Source of the DNA: Nitrosopumilaceae archaeon
GTDB lineage: Archaea > Thermoproteota > Nitrososphaeria > Nitrososphaerales > Nitrosopumilaceae
Assembly: GCA_965200155.1 (NCBI GenBank)
Contig: CBDATR010000009.1
Coordinates: forward strand, 96,001 to 160,000
Length of the DNA stretch: 64,000 nt
Reading direction: 5' to 3'
Shown: positions 10,866 to 21,967 of the stretch, one piece after another
Layout: every line of letters starts with the position of its first letter
Position numbering within the stretch: the first letter of the stretch is position 1
Made by a program: the position numbers and the translations under genes
Notes under the pieces: generated by a model
The model's input: only the letters and a program-made list of their open reading frames with translations
Databases searched by the model: none
Told to the model about the DNA's origin: nothing

Positions 10866-13800
10866 ATGGCCGAGGAAGTGAAACTAACACAGCTGAAACC
10901 ATACACAATGATAGAGGGACCCATGTGGACCGGACCGGTAACTTTCCGCATGATGGGACATGATTCGACGTCCATTTTCATAGAAAAAGATGGTGTCTTA
11001 AAGGAGATTCACATAGAAGAAACCGGACACGGCATAAAGTTGGCTAAACAAAAACAAGGTGAGCCGTGGAAGGCGTTCTTGGCGGTAGAAAGGCTTCGTC
11101 ATAAACATGCAATGAATATCGACACCGAGGGGTCGGCTGATCAGCTACCGCATCAGCTCAAGACCATATACCAGGTGTCTGGGGAATCGGGTAGAATAAG
11201 ATACATGATAGCTGATGAGCCCGGCGGTGGAAAAACCATCGTTGCCAGCAGAATAATCCAGGAATTACTCATACAGAAGCAGGTGCGGCGGGTATTAGTA
11301 GTTGTTCCCGCGCTGCTAAAGTACCAGTGGAAGGAGGAATTAAAGAAGTTCGTGAATATAGATAGCCGCGTCATAGAGAGTGGTACACAAGGATACACCA
11401 ACCCGTGGCTGTCAAATGATGTACCTGTACTAATAACATCCATGGATTATGCCAAAACAGAAAGGCAGAAACAATTACTGGAACAGGTCGAGTTCGATTT
11501 GGTGGTTATAGATGAGGCACATAACCTCAATGCCACCACCAAGAAAGCTACAGAACGATATCATCTAGCCGAGCTACTAGGCCGGATAACACGTCACATG
11601 ATATTCCTGACGGCAACGCCACACCGGGGCAAACCGGATAACTTTAGGCTATTACTGAAATTATTGGAGCCGGATTTATTTAGTAACAAAAAAATGACCG
11701 CGGAGGATGTTTTCAATACCAAAGATCGGCTGTTCATACGACACTCAAAGGATGAGATGGTTGACATGGACAACAACAAGCTATTCCGCGATAGAAGTGT
11801 TAGAACAATCAAGTACAACATGTCATCAATAGAGCAGAGGCTATATGAGACTGTTACAGATTATGTGAGTCGTCAGTATAACTTACAAATGGGCCGTGAT
11901 GCCAACCAGATAGCCACATTTGCTGTTCTAATAATACAGAAACGGATGGCTTCCAGCACACACGCCCTCCTGGAATCGCTCAAGAACCGGCGGAAAAAGC
12001 TTGGTGATAAATTGGAAAAATGGGATGGACCGATGAAAAATCACAGTATTGATGACATTGATGATATGGACGAGGATGATTTAGACGACGTGGAAGAAAA
12101 AGCCGCCGGGTACACATCTGCACTCTCTTATGATGAGTTGGAGGCCGAGTTGAATGAACTTGATGGATTAATAGAGTTAGCCAAGGAAGCAACTAGAAAG
12201 AAACCAGACACAAAATTGAAAAAACTAATCGAGGAAATACGCGGCATTGGTGATGATAAGTTACTGATATTCAGTGAGTATAAGGACACACTGGATTATC
12301 TAGAGAGAAAAATATCAGAGATTCGTCATAATGATGGAACCCCATATGAGATATGTCGCATAGATGGGACGATGAAGATGCGCGAGCGTGAGGACGCACA
12401 GAAGAAATTCCGCGGCACCGCACAGATAATGTTAGCAACAGATGCCGCGCGCGAAGGTATCAACCTACAATTCTGTCATAGAATGATAAATTATGACCTG
12501 CCATGGACACCCATATCATTAGAGCAGCGCATGGGCAGGTTGCATAGATACGGTCAGGAACATGATGTGGTAATATCAAATTTGGTGGCGGATGGAACGC
12601 GAGAGGGACACGTGATGGAGACATTATTTGAAAAGATACACGAAATTGAACAACAATATCCTACATTCAACGTCATGGGACAAGTCTTGGCCGGGGGTGA
12701 CTTGAAGGGATTAATGACAGATGCCATACAGAGTGGCCCCACACAAGACATAGGCGATAAGGTGGATAAGGCCGCAGAACGTGCCAAGGAAGTTGATGAA
12801 ATGCTAGGCCGTACACCAATAGACGTTGAGGATGTCAAGAATAGGATGAACATGATCAAGGAACAACGCACCGATGGGAAATACCTAATTAACATGGTCG
12901 AGGAATTATTCCGCAGCCTGGGCGGCTCAATACGTCAGGTTGGCGAACATACAAAGATGGATGTGCCGGAAGCTATACGGTACGGCCCATTTACCAAGAG
13001 GTATATGCGATTTAAATCTACACCCATTACGTTGCTGGCGCGTAGTGGCAAAATATACGACCACATAGAAGAGTGGATTGCAAAGCACTGCTCCGGTGAC
13101 CTAAAGAATGGTTCTGTGTTCCGGGATCCCGGCGGCTTTGACGGATATATCATATTCCATACAATACCAATCTGTGACAAGAGTATGAGAAAAGTGGCTA
13201 GCCTGTTCACGGCACATAAATACGCGGACGGGGTTACGGTAGTGGCTCCATACGTACTACACGGTTTGAAATATGAGAGTGAGGATGTAGGTACAGCGCC
13301 ACATGACATACAGAAAGCAGTCAGGGAGATGGGACGCGCCGAGACGGACAAAATGATCATGGAGCGGAAGAAGATATGGGATCATCGCACCAAAGCCGCC
13401 AAAGAGCGTATGCAGAATGAGATAAAAGAGATACAGAAAGAGATGAGTAGTACCGGATTTGGTTCCGAATGGAATGAGTTGGCTGCAAGACGGGATAATC
13501 TAAAGCGGAGAATAAAGGAGGTGGAAGATGAGCGAGAGAATGCGGTTACACTTACACCATACGAGCCCACAATGGAGGGGTGGGTCAGGGTGATACCTGA
13601 CGGAAAACATAATGGTAGTAATACAGAGAAGATTGGCATAGATACAAGTATGAAACATGAGCGAGATGAGGGATTTGTTGTACAGGATGTACAAGGTGAG
13701 TATGGTCGTGGATATGACTTGATATCTGAAAATAAAGACGGATGGCGGCGCGAGATAGAGGTAAAGGCATTATGTAATAGTGCCGCTGTCCATTTCACAC

Positions 13801-13976
13801 CTGCAGAGAAGTTACATCTGAAAAATGAAAACGCGGTGGTACACGTGATAAGTAATGCCGGACAATCTGATCAGAGACTCGATATCATTTACAACACAAA
13901 AGATATAGTAACAAAAGAGGAAACTGTGCATGTAATGTCTCGCTCCGAGATACATAAACTATCCAGTACAGGGTGA
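10866..13976 (+). CDS. SNF2-family helicase with C-terminal DUF3883 (PD-(D/E)xK) nuclease domain
   Basis: ADEPGGGKT, DEAH, LTATPH, TDAAREGINLQ and EQRMGRLHRYGQ; C-terminal GYDLIS...IEVK. Confidence 0.92.
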   Translation: MAEEVKLTQLKPYTMIEGPMWTGPVTFRMMGHDSTSIFIEKDGVLKEIHIEETGHGIKLAKQKQGEPWKAFLAVERLRHKHAMNIDTEGSADQLPHQLKTIYQVSGESGRIRYMIADEPGGGKTIVASRIIQELLIQKQVRRVLVVVPALLKYQWKEELKKFVNIDSRVIESGTQGYTNPWLSNDVPVLITSMDYAKTERQKQLLEQVEFDLVVIDEAHNLNATTKKATERYHLAELLGRITRHMIFLTATPHRGKPDNFRLLLKLLEPDLFSNKKMTAEDVFNTKDRLFIRHSKDEMVDMDNNKLFRDRSVRTIKYNMSSIEQRLYETVTDYVSRQYNLQMGRDANQIATFAVLIIQKRMASSTHALLESLKNRRKKLGDKLEKWDGPMKNHSIDDIDDMDEDDLDDVEEKAAGYTSALSYDELEAELNELDGLIELAKEATRKKPDTKLKKLIEEIRGIGDDKLLIFSEYKDTLDYLERKISEIRHNDGTPYEICRIDGTMKMREREDAQKKFRGTAQIMLATDAAREGINLQFCHRMINYDLPWTPISLEQRMGRLHRYGQEHDVVISNLVADGTREGHVMETLFEKIHEIEQQYPTFNVMGQVLAGGDLKGLMTDAIQSGPTQDIGDKVDKAAERAKEVDEMLGRTPIDVEDVKNRMNMIKEQRTDGKYLINMVEELFRSLGGSIRQVGEHTKMDVPEAIRYGPFTKRYMRFKSTPITLLARSGKIYDHIEEWIAKHCSGDLKNGSVFRDPGGFDGYIIFHTIPICDKSMRKVASLFTAHKYADGVTVVAPYVLHGLKYESEDVGTAPHDIQKAVREMGRAETDKMIMERKKIWDHRTKAAKERMQNEIKEIQKEMSSTGFGSEWNELAARRDNLKRRIKEVEDERENAVTLTPYEPTMEGWVRVIPDGKHNGSNTEKIGIDTSMKHERDEGFVVQDVQGEYGRGYDLISENKDGWRREIEVKALCNSAAVHFTPAEKLHLKNENAVVHVISNAGQSDQRLDIIYNTKDIVTKEETVHVMSRSEIHKLSSTG

Positions 13977-14040
13977 ACAGGCACCCCCCGATCTGTTTAT
14001 AATTATATCAAATGCCCATAGGAAGGGCACCAAAAAAAAG

Positions 14041-14137
14041 GTGTGAGTTCACCTGTCTAAATTTACGCATAACCGATCGCGACAGTTAAAGAACCGGTTC
14101 TTTTGTGCATAAGATTCCGGAAGACGTGAACTCATAC
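14041..14137. mobile_element. IS66-derived MITE (palindrome-bearing subfamily)
   Basis: TIR GT(A/G)TGAGTTCAC; internal aaagaaccggttcttt variant. Confidence 0.9.
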
Positions 14138-14448
14138 AAAACATCTACAATCAAAACTGAAGTAGTCAGGAATGGTAAGTGTATGGTCATCCAAAATTAC
14201 ATACTTGATTCTACCTATATAATTCCCCAACAAGTCCATATTTCTCACATGCAATCCTCATATATGCCACAAACTTTCAGGGCACACTATCGTTGCGCTC
14301 TGTTCTGTACAGATTGAGTTGTAGGTTAACTCATACCATCTGGTCATACGCGAGACTTCAAGAACACCCGACCCAACGATTTTGAGAAATGCGCGGAGAC
14401 AGACAGCCCATCATAACTATAGTCACACTGCTTAGCGACACACCACCA

Positions 14449-17400
14449 CTATCTCCTTGCCTTATATGGTAACATGGATATCTCTTTTATTATCTTGCCT
14501 GACTCCACCCCCACATACACCATCCGCTCCACCAGCGCAATAACATCATCCTGTGTCATGCGGGTACAAGGATCATCAATAACCAGGGCTTTCTTGTTTA
14601 CTTTTACACGATACTGATCAACAGCCCACTCCAGTGGTGTCCGGCCTCCAATACTATATGTTATCTCCGGTATGCCCTTAACTACCACATTCCCGTTTAT
14701 CATTAACCTGTCCTGTGGGGATTTACGACTCCAGTATGAGCCGGAAAGCGACATTTCCGTGAAAGAGTCAAACGGTCCAACCCACTCCAGGCTGTACCGG
14801 GGACCGGTCTCATAATTCAGGTGCAAGTCCACAAGACGCTTGCCATATTGGGCTATCATGTCGAAGTTCGGGGCCATGGGAATTCTGGGTAAATTACTCA
14901 AAAGGGAGTCCTTGAATCTCTTACGGTAACCCTCATGATGCAATAAACCATAGACGTAATGGAATATGTCAAGTTTGGTAATGGTATCATCATTATAATG
15001 TCCCCGGTATCGCGCCAGCGTAGAGTCCAGTATATTCTCGGTACCGGCGCCATCAGTATAATATGGAAAACAGTGCACATTACTCAGGACATTACTGTCC
15101 GGCGTTGTATCTGTCACAAGTACAGAGAGTCTTGTCTTTTGCGTCACCATAATGACGAGATTCTCCCGGCCACTACCAAAAATATTACAGCGTAACTGCC
15201 CCAAAGGCGTACGGTCCAAATCATCGCCCCGGGGAAAGAGTGAGGGAATTTCATGTGGCTTATTTATGAATATGTCAGTATCAAAGTACACGTATCTCTT
15301 GAAGAATGGGCGGTACAGTGCACGCCTTATCAGACTCCTGTCAAGTTCCGGATCAATATACGACTGATCCAGTCTGTCCAACACATACGGCGGCCGGGAG
15401 CCATAACGACTAACTCCCGGAAGCAGCGGGTTTATACAGTAACTTATGTATGATGCCATATTTATTACAAGCTCACTCTTGGATGAATTGTACAGCCACA
15501 AATCCCGTTGGGCATACAGCCCCAAAGAGTGCAGTCGGAATACGGAATTACCCACTGCACGGGTCCTCTTTTTACTCATGGGCATGTAACTCTCAAACTC
15601 ACGATCACTCTTGTCCTGCTTGACTATCTTCCAGCGTTGTATCTTGTCTACGGATTTTGTTTCCTTAAATTCATCCATACCCATCTCCTTGTAACGAACA
15701 GCACGGGTAGCCTTGTCATAATTCTTGACCAGAATGGTAATGAACATATCACCGGGTATCTTTACGCACCAGACGTTGGTAAATTTCTTGTGTAATAGTT
15801 TCTGGGCAACCCCGGCATCAATAAAACTGGCATCGGTCACCACCGCAATAATCCCCGTGTACTCTATACTGTCTGATGCCCAGCGCAAGGCCCGTATATA
15901 TGCAGCCTCGGACTTTTTCCCGGAATGCCCCGTTCCGGAATGGAACAGGCTGCCCATTATTACCAGCTGATCCGGAGGTGCCAGCGATTCAATTTTTTCA
16001 TATGGACTGAGAGTGGCTATCGATGATGCAGGCTGCCTATACCTTGGCGGTATGGGCGAGTCCATGGCAAGAGTGTCCGCATATCCCATGCCGCCAAAGG
16101 GCACGTACACGCCACCATTCCTGTTCTGGTATACGGTCTCGATATTTGCCCGGCTCACACAGTATGCAAGCAGATCAGACTGATTGGCATACAGATTATG
16201 TCCGTACATGTTAGTCGCGCCATAGTTCATGTACCGGGACTCGATTAGTCGCGCCATAAAGGAGCCCGTTACGGCAAAGGGCTCCAGCACTTTTACATAT
16301 GGATGGTTGAGCGCGACCTCGAACTGCCGTTTCAGGATATGGTTCACAGAATTTATGATAAACTCAATCACGGGAACGGGGACATTCACTATACCGCACG
16401 TTTCACCAAGAAAATTCCCGCACATCTTTTGTATGTACGACTGCCTTGCGGACCCGGTTGGTTTGGTCTCCCGGGATGCCTTCCCGGAGAAATTTCCCCC
16501 CAAACCCAGGACAACCATCATCCTTGCAAATTCACGCATGAGGGGATTATCCGGCGATACATAACCGGAGAATAACGAGTCAAGAACCGGCGAGAGGGCG
16601 GCATATTGCGAGACGGCACGCACTGCCGCATCCTGTGTTACCGGGTAGCTGACTAAATCCTCCACCTCCCCGCGGAACCGCTCCATTTCGGATTTGACGT
16701 GCTCATCATGAGTCATTCGGTCCCTCAAATTAGTCTCCATTCGGATAGCAGCCGCACTCAGTACCTGATCATTAATGTCACCCACCTTCTCCACAAGCTT
16801 TGACTTTATGCCGGTGAACATGCCACCCACCATTCCGGAGTCTTCCACTCCCAGAATGGACGTACTTATTCGGGAAGCGGAACTCGTATTGCCGTTACTG
16901 GAATTCAGCATCACTTCGTGAGCCAGGCTCTCATCATGCGATCGCAGTGCATTTAGTACCTGCCACACTACCTTGAAGGTCTTGTTATCATTCAGTGCCT
17001 CGTGGAATTTCACGCCGGCAGGCAGGGCAACAGGCAGTATCACATAACCGTACTGCTTTCCCGGCGACTTTCTCATTACGCGGCCCACCGACTGAATTAC
17101 ATCAACCCAGGACTTGCGGGGGTTCAGAAATATGACACCATCCAGTGCCGGAACGTCCACCCCCTCTGAGAGACACCTGGCGTTGGAGATTATCCTGCAC
17201 GTATCATCCCTGTCATTATCATCCAGCCACTGGAGACGGTCACGCCTTTTCATGGCGCCGGTCTTGCCGTCCACATGACTTACCTGCACACTATTTCCGG
17301 TACTAAGCTTCGCCATACTCTCATATTGCTCCACTATTCTTGCCATGCTGCGGTCCCGCCCCTCATGATCACTCATGGCTCCCGCAAACATCATGGAGCG

Positions 17401-18825
17401 ATCTATTCTATTGGTAAAGGCTATCACTTTTTTCAGCAATCGCGGCTTGTTCTCATCATCATCAGGATAATTCAGGCCGTGCCAGACCGCCGACAACAGT
17501 GTCCGCTCATCCAGCGGTACTGTTACATCATCAGAGCCGGTTGTATCCACTTGTGGAACCACTGCTATCTTTACGCGAAAATCCGCCAGTATTCCCCGAC
17601 TCACGGCATCTGTAAAGCCTAGATGATAAAACTGGGGCCCAAACTTTGACTCATCATCCATGGAATACACCATACTGTCCGTTTTGACCTTGACTGTATC
17701 GCTGTACATACTGGGGGTAGCCGTCATATAGAGCCGCTTTCGGCCGGAAATGTTCCTGTCCTCGTGTATCATTGTAAAGGATGACTTGTCCTCCACGCCG
17801 GTGGTGCGGTGCGCCTCATCGGCCAAAATGATATCAAACTTTCGCTTCCCCATGGCGTCTTTCACCACATCCAATGAGTGGTACGTGGAGAATACCACCG
17901 TCATGGCCTGCCTTGGCCGCCTTTTCAGGGACTCTTGCAGTATTGAATAATCGGTAGTAACCTCTGACTCCAGTTCTGTAATGGATGAATCCTCACTTAG
18001 GGACTGATCCGAGCATACGGCGATATAGTTGTGCTGCATATCGGCATTATCTGACCATGCACGCATGCTCTGCTGCACCAGTGATATGGACGGGACCGCA
18101 TACAGGATTAGGCTTCCGGGACCGGCGTATCTCTCCGCTATACGCAATGCCGTAATGGTCTTTCCCGTACCGCACGCCATGATTAACTTGCCCCGATCAT
18201 TTTTCTTGAACCCCTCAAGGACACCACTTATCGCGTCCTGCTGGTGCGGCCACAACTCCTTGGGCTCTTTTCTTTTTATCTCCGGGTAAGCGCTCCAGTC
18301 TATACCGGAGTAGCGGAACTTGTCCGTATCCAGTACGGAGCACCCGCTATATTTTATCAGATTCTCCGTGTCGCCAGTCAGAGGGTCGCCCGTGTACACC
18401 AGAATAGTATTAGTTATTTTCAGGGAGGCGGCCATGGCAAGAAACTCCTCCACCGATTTTATGTCCAGCGTTGACATAGTCTCATAGCACCTGCACAGAA
18501 TGGCGCATAACTGCCCGTCGTGCTGCCGGGCTATCATGTCTATTTTAGCATCATTACCGTCCCGGCCTGGCCACTCACTCCATGACCATACATTCTTGAA
18601 CCGGTTATGATACATGGAATCAGTAGCCAGAAAGTCCCGGCTTAATTTCACCATTATCTTGCCAAGCTGCTCAACGTCGCCGGATTCGGCCCTGACATAC
18701 TCCAGTACATCATCGAATGTATTCAACGGAAATGATGAATTTACCTCATTAAATAAAGTGTGGCTGTACCACATAACAGGATACAATGACCCGGGATGAT
18801 TCCGCGCAGTCGTGAAATCTGCCAC
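14449..18825 (-). CDS. Type ISP restriction-modification-like protein (Mrr-like nuclease-SF2 helicase-MTase-TRD) with degenerate nuclease and MTase motifs; probable TTG start near 18726
   Basis: MACGTGKT, DEAHRT, MTATP, NARCLSEGVDVPALD, QSVGRVMRK; C-terminal LlaBIII-like YRPF..., IFHYVYGLLH, LPRIP and PLEWAVDQY. Confidence 0.88.
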   Translation of the reverse strand: MADFTTARNHPGSLYPVMWYSHTLFNEVNSSFPLNTFDDVLEYVRAESGDVEQLGKIMVKLSRDFLATDSMYHNRFKNVWSWSEWPGRDGNDAKIDMIARQHDGQLCAILCRCYETMSTLDIKSVEEFLAMAASLKITNTILVYTGDPLTGDTENLIKYSGCSVLDTDKFRYSGIDWSAYPEIKRKEPKELWPHQQDAISGVLEGFKKNDRGKLIMACGTGKTITALRIAERYAGPGSLILYAVPSISLVQQSMRAWSDNADMQHNYIAVCSDQSLSEDSSITELESEVTTDYSILQESLKRRPRQAMTVVFSTYHSLDVVKDAMGKRKFDIILADEAHRTTGVEDKSSFTMIHEDRNISGRKRLYMTATPSMYSDTVKVKTDSMVYSMDDESKFGPQFYHLGFTDAVSRGILADFRVKIAVVPQVDTTGSDDVTVPLDERTLLSAVWHGLNYPDDDENKPRLLKKVIAFTNRIDRSMMFAGAMSDHEGRDRSMARIVEQYESMAKLSTGNSVQVSHVDGKTGAMKRRDRLQWLDDNDRDDTCRIISNARCLSEGVDVPALDGVIFLNPRKSWVDVIQSVGRVMRKSPGKQYGYVILPVALPAGVKFHEALNDNKTFKVVWQVLNALRSHDESLAHEVMLNSSNGNTSSASRISTSILGVEDSGMVGGMFTGIKSKLVEKVGDINDQVLSAAAIRMETNLRDRMTHDEHVKSEMERFRGEVEDLVSYPVTQDAAVRAVSQYAALSPVLDSLFSGYVSPDNPLMREFARMMVVLGLGGNFSGKASRETKPTGSARQSYIQKMCGNFLGETCGIVNVPVPVIEFIINSVNHILKRQFEVALNHPYVKVLEPFAVTGSFMARLIESRYMNYGATNMYGHNLYANQSDLLAYCVSRANIETVYQNRNGGVYVPFGGMGYADTLAMDSPIPPRYRQPASSIATLSPYEKIESLAPPDQLVIMGSLFHSGTGHSGKKSEAAYIRALRWASDSIEYTGIIAVVTDASFIDAGVAQKLLHKKFTNVWCVKIPGDMFITILVKNYDKATRAVRYKEMGMDEFKETKSVDKIQRWKIVKQDKSDREFESYMPMSKKRTRAVGNSVFRLHSLGLYAQRDLWLYNSSKSELVINMASYISYCINPLLPGVSRYGSRPPYVLDRLDQSYIDPELDRSLIRRALYRPFFKRYVYFDTDIFINKPHEIPSLFPRGDDLDRTPLGQLRCNIFGSGRENLVIMVTQKTRLSVLVTDTTPDSNVLSNVHCFPYYTDGAGTENILDSTLARYRGHYNDDTITKLDIFHYVYGLLHHEGYRKRFKDSLLSNLPRIPMAPNFDMIAQYGKRLVDLHLNYETGPRYSLEWVGPFDSFTEMSLSGSYWSRKSPQDRLMINGNVVVKGIPEITYSIGGRTPLEWAVDQYRVKVNKKALVIDDPCTRMTQDDVIALVERMVYVGVESGKIIKEISMLPYKARR

Positions 18826-18852
18826 CCATAATCGTTTGAAGACACATTACCA

Positions 18853-20241
18853 CTATCCCCCATAAGGCAGCATGGATATCTCTTTTATTATTCTGTCCGA
18901 CTCCACCATCCTCTCTATCAGCGCAATGACGTCTTTCCGTTTCATGTCAACCCCGTAATGGCGATAGAAGTGCCCACCTGATCTCTCTATCAGCGCAATG
19001 ACGTCTTTCCGTTTCATGTGGGCACACGGATCATCAACAACCATGGCTTGTTCACTTTTACCTGATACTGATAAACAGCCCACTGTAGCGGTGTCCAGCC
19101 TCCAATGTTGTATTTTATCTTCGGGATTCCCTTAACGACCACATGCCCGTTTATCTTCAACTTGTCCTGTGAATATTTACGACTATGAACCCGAAAACGA
19201 CATTCCCGTAAAAAAGTTAAACTTCCCAACCCACTCCAGGCCGTACCGGGGACCACTCTCATAATTCAAGTGTAAATCAGCAAGACGCTTGCCATAATGT
19301 GATATCATCTCAAAGTCCGGGCCATGGGAATTCTGGGCAGATTACTCAAAAGAGAGTCCGCAAATCTCTTACGGTAACCCTCATGATGCAGTAACCCATA
19401 GACGTAATAGAATATGTCCAGTTTCATAATGGAGTCATCATTATAATGCTCCCTGTACTGCCCCAGTGTGTCCCGTATATTCTCGGTACCGGCGCCATCA
19501 GTATGGAAAGCAGTGCCCATCATTCAGGACATTGCTGTCCGGTGTTGTATCGGTCATCAAAACTGAAAACGGTACATTCTTCGTCACCATAATGACAAGA
19601 TTCTCCCGGCCACCCGGGGATGCCCATTCGTTACATCTCCCCGTGGAAAGAGTGAGGGAATTTCATGTGACCTATTTATGAATATGCCAGTATCAAAGTA
19701 CACGTATCTCTTGAAGAATGGGCGGTACAGTGCCCTTCTTATCAGGCGCTCATCAAATTCCGTATAATCATACGACTTATACATCCTCTCCAATATGTAT
19801 GAGGGTTGCGGACCAAAGCGGCTCCTGCCAGGAGGCAAACCCGGACCCCGGTATTTACAATACTCCATGTATAACGCCACATTTTTCGCAAGCTCATCCC
19901 TGGACGAGTTATACGTATGAGTTCACGTCTTCCGGAATCTTGTGCACAAAAGAACCGGTTCTTTAACTGTCGCGATCAGTTATGCGTAAATTTAGACAGG
20001 TGAACTCACACGCACAGGATGGCTTACAACTGCCCGTCATGCTGCCGGGCTACCATGTCTATTCCCGTATCATGCACGTCCCGTTCTGGCCAGTCACTCC
20101 ATGACCATACATTCTTGAACCGGTTATGATACATGGAGTCGGTGGCCAGAAAGCCCTTAGCCTCTCCATTTTCTCGCCAAGCTGGTGTATGTCACCGGAT
20201 TCTGCCCCAATACGCTCTAGTACATCATCTAAGGTCTTCAA
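18853..20241 (-). pseudogene. Decayed Type ISP paralogue (N-terminus and TRD only; about 3 kb middle replaced by a MITE)
   Basis: Fragments MKTLDDVLE…, YRPFFKRYVYFD, IFYYVYGLLHHEGY and PLQWAVYQY are nucleotide-similar to 14449-18825; multiple frameshifts. Confidence 0.85.
19915..20011. mobile_element. IS66-derived MITE at the deletion junction of the ISP paralogue
   Basis: TIRs present; flanks do not match (no TSD). Confidence 0.9.
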
Positions 20242-20616
20242 CGGGAATGATGGATTTACCTAATCAAATAAAGTGTAGTGACGCCCTGGCCCATAACGGG
20301 ATACGGTATCGCCGGACATATGAGTCCGCGCATATAGCGGCGATCATAAGTTTTTGACTATGATCTTCATGGTACCTTGTTGTGGAGCGCAACACTCCCC
20401 TTGCCATTTGACAGTGTAGCGACCACCATAAGTCTTTGGGCGACTAATTTGATTAAAATATCACAATTATCACAGGCTTATTTGCGCGCCCCCAGGGGGC
20501 GGTTAATTTGGTATGTCGGTATGGTATTGTGCGCAACTAAATATGGTACTCTAAAGCAAGCTAAAAGTTAAAAATCTTGATCTTATATACTAGTGTAATT
20601 GATCGCGTCCAACAAA

Positions 20617-21690
20617 TCAATAGTACGAAAAGTAAGTCCGCTTAGGATCCGGCGTACAGTAGTTCCGATTGCACAAGCCAGATGGTAAAGAGAATACAGA
20701 GGAATCAAGAGAATCGCGAAGCGATTCAGCAAGACAAAAGAGGCGTTGCCACAACCAAAATAGCTCAAGACCTGAGACGAGACACGTACGAAGATTGTGA
20801 ATTAGAGGACGGGAACGACTCAAGATGGGCAGGTCCATGATGCCAATCACCGCCACCCAGATACTAATGGTAACTGAAGCATATCACAAGGATCCCGCCG
20901 TAGTACGTATTGCAAAGAGAATTAGACATAATACATATCACGCAGTATATCGCATAATGAAAAAGAACGGTACGGCAGGATCATCACATGTAAAGTCAGA
21001 GTGGGTACGCTATGAGCGTAAATATTCCAATGCAATGTGGCACTGGCATGTCATGAAAAGATGAGCGCTTCAGGGGACTGAATCTCATAGATGATGCATC
21101 CAGGTGCATAGTCGGAGCTGCACTATTTGAGCATGCGACCTCAGAGAACGCCACTCTATTACTGAGACTGGCGATAAAGAGATTCGGCGCCCCTGCATCT
21201 TGGATAACGGCGCGTGTTTCGTAGGACAATAAAAGGGCAAGAAAAGCTGGAAACCCACACTATTCTAGGAAGAACTGCTGGATCAAGACATCATACTAAT
21301 CAATTCCAGACCATACTACCCGCAGACAAATGGCAAACTGGAGCGCTTCCATAGAACGATTGAGGACTAGGGGACTCTTATTTAAGAGTCCAACGAGATA
21401 TGGCATTATGACAGTCTCCGGGATTATGTAGACTACTACAATGAGAGAAGGTTGCACTTCTCACTGGATATAGATAACGGCGAAACACCACTCCAGGAAT
21501 AAAAAGGCGACCCAGACAATTAGAGCAAATGATACAAAATGGTATGAGTTCACCTGTGTCTAAATTTACGCACAACTGATCGCGACAGTTAATGTGATTT
21601 GTGCACAAGATTCCGGAAGACGTGAACTCATACACAAAATGGGTGGAGCGGGATGCCAATGACTAGCGGACCGACTTTTCATACATTACA
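20617..21690 (+). mobile_element. Decayed IS481-family element with a nested MITE (21542-21633, TSD acaaaatg)
   Basis: Same TIRs and integrase remnants as 9854-10811. Confidence 0.85.
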
Positions 21691-21771
21691 TATTCCAGAC
21701 CGGCACTTCACGTGTTGTTGAATCTGAGGGGACGGGACATGTGCTAGCCTTACTGTATGTTTTTCTTCCTG

Positions 21772-21848
21772 CTTGTTAGGACTGGAACCATTCCCAGGAA
21801 TAGTCCCCTTGTTAGGACTGGAACCATTCCCAGGAATAGTCCCCTTGT
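21772..21848. repeat. 36-bp perfect tandem repeat (2 copies plus a partial)
   Basis: cttgttaggactggaaccattcccaggaatagtccc x2 followed by cttgt. Confidence 0.85.
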
Positions 21849-21967
21849 ACTGGAAAATGGGCATTAAGCCGGGTTTACCATTCTGAAAGGGCACCACCCG
21901 TTGGCGTCTGCTTATAACGTGAACACATAAAGTCCGAGAAACGGACGAATATAAAAAGTAAAAAATA

